Assembly (NCBI GenBank): GCA_011109175.1
Contig: RDEW01000024.1
Span: forward strand, 365,199-429,198
Length of the DNA: 64,000 nucleotides
Direction: 5' to 3'
Source: Dicyema japonicum
Lineage: Eukaryota; Animalia; Dicyemida
Under the pieces are notes generated by a model, which saw only the letters and a program-made list of their open reading frames with translations, did not search any database and was not told the origin of the DNA. Positions 63,358 through 64,000 of the stretch are shown here, in pieces; position 1 is the first letter of the stretch, and each line of letters starts with the position of its first letter. The position numbers were made by a program, and so were the translations under genes.

Positions 63358-64000
63358 TTTATATTTATCAAATTTACCGCCTAATTTAAATTTTTAATTT
63401 AATTTTTTTAATTAATTAAATAAAATAAAAATTATAAAGGGACTACTGACAAACTGGGTAAATAAAAAAATAAGACAATAGTATTTGGTTACAAATAAAT
63501 ATGAGACATAATCAAATAAGTCTTCCTAATGCTGAGTAGGTCACGTTTCAACCATCCAGAGGAGTTCTTCTTGGACGGCACTGGGAAGCTTCCAAAGATC
63601 AATTGTGGAGACTTTTAAATTAATTTCTTATTTTGATAACTGAGTCAGTTGCTTGGTCACTTTTCTTCGTAAAATGGATTGGTTTTCATTTACCGTATAT
63701 CCTCATGCCTTCTGCACTATTGAAGTAGTGTGTTATCAAGGGACTTGAAGTTAGTCGAGTTGAAATCAATAAATAATAGTCGACCAAGTCAACAAACTTT
63801 CTCCTCGACATTTTTGTAGTCAGTGAATAACATGAGTTTCCCGAAAACGATGCCACAAGGCGGCGAAAAGGAAAAAAGGTTATTTTCCCTAACTATTATT
63901 TCTTTGCCTACTAATGAGTTAAATGGTAAAAACGATAATCGTGGCACTAGATTAAAGTTGTGTAAGAAGAATTGTGCTCCATGGAACTCGATAACTATTA

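Noticed and set aside
1-64000. Pervasive frameshifts as long-read assembly error
   Set aside because: Four multi-exon genes and several TSDs are error-free, so most disruptions are probably real. Single cases such as 30940 still need read-level checks.

Overview
AT-rich eukaryotic (metazoan-like) nuclear DNA, mostly decayed and nested transposable elements. These include RTE, I/Jockey-type and CRE-type LINEs, a tRNA-headed SINE family, pogo/Tigger, hAT, PIF/Harbinger-like and Tc1/IS630 DNA transposons, plus a ~4.5 kb segmental duplication. The ORF track misses the real genes because they are split by 21-28 nt GT-AG micro-introns. Manual splicing recovers four apparently intact genes: a 332-aa DD34E transposase with two micro-introns, a 317-aa PKN-like predicted pseudokinase with 8 introns, a 106-aa SYCE2-like synaptonemal-complex protein and an 80-aa type-I membrane protein. 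It also recovers a secreted His/Asn-rich repeat gene with one frameshift, and pseudogenes of striatin, a second PKN-like kinase and the small membrane protein. PKN- and SYCE2-like genes together with ~23-nt introns suggest a highly reduced animal parasite such as a dicyemid; a myxozoan is also possible (inference only). All homology calls are from motif recognition by eye, not database searches. Boundaries of decayed elements are approximate unless a TSD or TIR is given.
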